A stretch of DNA of 63,680 nt, filler included, from Chrysochromulina tobinii (taxonomy: Eukaryota), in NCBI GenBank assembly GCA_001275005.1. It is 5 parts of 5 records of this genome, joined end to end, with 100 filler letters (N's around TTAATTAATTAA, not from the genome) between each part and the next. Parts side by side here need not be neighbours in the genome. Positions count along the whole stretch, not along the records: positions 50,019 to 62,227 come from JWZX01000943.1; positions 62,328 to 63,680 come from JWZX01001025.1; 3 more parts are not named here. One strand, given 5' to 3'. The notes under the pieces were generated by a model. That model was not told where the DNA came from and made no database searches. It saw only the letters and a program-made list of their open reading frames with translations. The position numbers were made by a program, and so were the translations under genes. This document shows, in pieces, positions 60,787-63,680 of this stretch. How positions within the stretch are numbered: the stretch's first letter is position 1; every line of letters begins with the position of its first letter.

Positions 60787-61509
60787 GTGACGCGCATTAC
60801 GGGGCTTCCAACGCATGTGGTTGCCGACGCGCTTCGTGCGCGAGAGTGGAGACGAGATGTGTGCATGTATCATGAATGGTAAATATCAGTCTTTTTTTAA
60901 TAGATCATCTTAGATTGTCCACAGTACCACCGGTAAGAACCAATTCCCTACGCTGAACGCCGTACGCCGCCGCTGCGTCAGACCCGGAGAGCCGGCCGCC
61001 GGCTTCAACACGAAACCTTCATCTAGTTACGCATGCATAGAGCGTAACAAGAGCGTACAGTCTGTAACTATGATCATCGTTCATCCAATCAGCATCCCTA
61101 TCGACATCGCGCCCGACGCTAAGTAGTACTACGTACTAGTCTTAAGTTAATGCGGTTATGAAGGGCAGAGGGAGGCGAGAGGCAAAGAACCGAATCTTAA
61201 CGGGAGGCCAGGAGCGCCTTCGGCTCAAAGCAATTTCCTCGATGACGAAACGGCATGCGAAACGGCTCCACTCAAGTCTCCAAAAATGCATCGATGACGA
61301 AACGGCTCCCCGCCAACGACCGTCATGAATATATTCTGCGACGAAACCGCGCTCCGCCCGCCCCCGCCCCTTCATTCCCACGTTTCCACAAAAGCCAGAA
61401 TTTACACTCTCAGCCAAAGTAACGCAAAGTTGAGAATCCAGGACGGGAATATATAATACCTAACTTGCACGATACAACGTCACCAACCGACAATAGGGGG
61501 CTCTCGTGT

Positions 61510-61940
61510 CCCGGCCCTTTCACATAGCCATTGGCTGACCTCCGAGTCCGACGAGGTCTGTGTCGTCTCTCTCTCCGGGGCTCCCGGCCATTTCACATGG
61601 CCATTGGCTGACCTCCGACGAGGTAGCAATATCTCTCTCTCCCGGGCTCCCGGCCATTTCACATGGCCATGGGCTACCCTCCGCCAAGGTAGCAACATCT
61701 CTCTCTCCGGGGCTCCCGGCCATTTCACATGGCCATGGGCTACCCTCCGCCAAGGTAGCAATATCTCTCTCTCTCCGGGGCTCCCGGCCATTTCTCATGG
61801 CCATGGGCTACCCTCCGCCAAGGTAGCAATATCTCTCTCTCTCCGGGGCTCCCGGCCATTTCACATGGCCATGGGCTACCCTCCGCCAAGGTAGCAATAT
61901 CTCTCTCTCTCCGGGGCTCCCGGCCATTTCACACGGCCAG
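61510..61940. repeat. Tandem repeat, 66-68 bp unit, ~6 copies plus one diverged
   Basis: CTCCCGGCCATTT recurs at 61581, 61647, 61713, 61781, 61849, 61917. Confidence 0.95.
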
Positions 61941-62227
61941 GGGCTGCCACCTTCTCACTCGCCTTCTCACTCACCATGTTTCTGAGGCCCCGGCAAAGTC
62001 GAGGTCGGCCGAAACGGGCGCAGTGACCGCTGCGAGCACACCGGACGTCAGACACCCTAACCCACAGAGTCGATCCATAGCCTTGGCACGTCACGATCCG
62101 TACTCCCCCCCTGCCCCCATTGCTTCCGCCATGCTCGCTCCCGCTTTCCGCGTCAGCTCTTGATCGACTTGATCACCTCAATCATGATCGTGACCAGCAG
62201 GTTGAGCGATTCGACAATGACCTCGCC

Positions 62228-62327
62228 NNNNNNNNNNNNNNNNNNNNNNNNNNNNNNNNNNNNNNNNNNNNTTAATTAATTAANNNNNNNNNNNNNNNNN
62301 NNNNNNNNNNNNNNNNNNNNNNNNNNN
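62228..62327. other. Artificial contig linker
   Basis: N-run with TTAATTAATTAA. Confidence 0.97.
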
Positions 62328-63680
62328 AGGCGAACGACGAGCACCGCCCCGATGCTCGCGCGCAAACTGTTGAAGACGAATCAGGCGCCTCCTCAGAGGG
62401 GCGCGAGTGCGGAGGCACCAGCGAAAGGGCGCAGCCGATCAGCGGCATCGCACCGGGCGATACACACGAAGACGAACGCCCGAACACAGCGCCATCCGGG
62501 CAGCAGCCGACCCCGGTCGGCCGCCTCTGCAAGGTGTTCACCCCGTATGGTGACCTCGATGGCACCATGGCCCGAGCGGCGCAGGCGTGTGGCACAGCTT
62601 CTGGGACGACACGCCGCAGCCCGGCCAACAAGGCTACCAGCCGGGCAGCTCCAGCGCCTCGTCGGGCTTGCCATCGTCGGCGCTAAGGCGCAGCATGTTC
62701 TGCAAGCCCCCGAGCCCTCCTCCTCCTGCGATTACGATCCCGATGGAGCCGTCGCACGGGATGGGCGGCCAACAGGTGGTGCCATATGGAGATCTGCAGC
62801 AGAGCCGCCTCCACACCACCAGATCCGATTCCAGCGTAAGCATGCCCGGCTCGCGGCTCCAGCGCATTTTATGGAACGAAAGCCGAGCAAGTTGCTCGTG
62901 CCACCGAAGGAGAGCAACAAGAAGTACGGCAAGCGCTGCTGGCCTACCCTACCGGCCACTACGCGTGGAACACGATTCGTACAGGCCACGGCAAAGGAAG
63001 CCGGCACTACCGAGCCGGAACCGCCTCTCTGCATTGCCGCCAATGCGCCCCGACGCCACCCCAGCCTCGTCGACGTACCTGCTTCACCAGCGGCACCTCG
63101 CCGAGCAGCAGCCGTCCGGCGCACAAGCCGCACAGCAGCTGGCGCTCGTGGTGCCCATCGGCCAGCACAGCGGCCTTGAACAGTACCAGACCATGGCCGT
63201 CGCAGTGCCCATGGCAGCAGTGCTCCTGGGCGATCAGGACGGCCGATGCAGCCTCATGGGCCAAAGCCAGCAGTGCTATCAGCGAGGCGACGCAGCTACT
63301 CGTTCCGCCAGCGCTGGGCAGAGGTTCAAGCAGGCGCAAGCTCACCAAAAGCGCCTGGAACTGCTCCGAGGGCTCACCGAGCCCGGTCACCTCGATGGCA
63401 TCGACGCGGCGACTACGGCGACTAAACAGGCGGCATCGCCGCGCTTACGCCGCGCTGCCCGCCGGACCCCCCCGTACCAGCACCGTACCAGCACCCGCTG
63501 CAGCGCCTTCGGGCCTCAGCGCAAGCCAAGCACAGCACAGCAACCAGGCCGAGAGGGCTCAGGTAGGCGATCGCTTGCGATCCCTCTGCCTGCAGCCCGG
63601 CGAAGCACCAAGTGTGCCAAGCAGCTCGTAACAAGGAAGTACGCAGCACGAGCCTCTCAGTAGGCAAAGAGCAAGCTAGT
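62328..63680 (+). other. Unassigned A/C-skewed contig start with overlapping low-complexity ORFs, possibly TE-derived
   Basis: Composition resembles the YR element more than the host genes; Gln/Ser-rich ORF 62587..63663 with no recognisable domain. Confidence 0.3.

Noticed and set aside
61510..61940. CRISPR array
   Set aside because: Units are repeated in full with no unique spacers; no cas genes; eukaryotic context.

Overview
GC-rich eukaryotic genomic DNA, most likely a haptophyte alga (inferred from GC content, compact genes, GC-AG introns, 10-bp-repeat introns, SepSecS and the flagellar gene MNS1). It consists of five contigs joined by artificial 100-nt N/TTAATTAATTAA linkers, so adjacency across gaps is not evidence of linkage. 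About 24 protein genes are recognisable, including Amt, PP2C, a homeobox gene, GH3, WDR48, SepSecS, NHL-BTB, EF-hand proteins, a DnaJ, MNS1, an SLC25 carrier, ASCH, a VAMP7-like SNARE, a 14-intron GCN2 and a SERGT1-like glycosyltransferase. Two signals stand out. (1) Many introns are built from sense-strand ~10-bp branch-point-like repeats and contain 17-43 bp copies of the adjacent exon ends, which in several cases supply the splice site itself; this is the footprint expected of ongoing intron creation or remodelling by local duplication. (2) A ~3.5 kb element (34459-37924) encodes a tyrosine-recombinase-like protein and a small Cys-rich protein but no reverse transcriptase; it has complementary ends and structured non-coding segments. 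All exon boundaries were derived by eye and need transcript confirmation.
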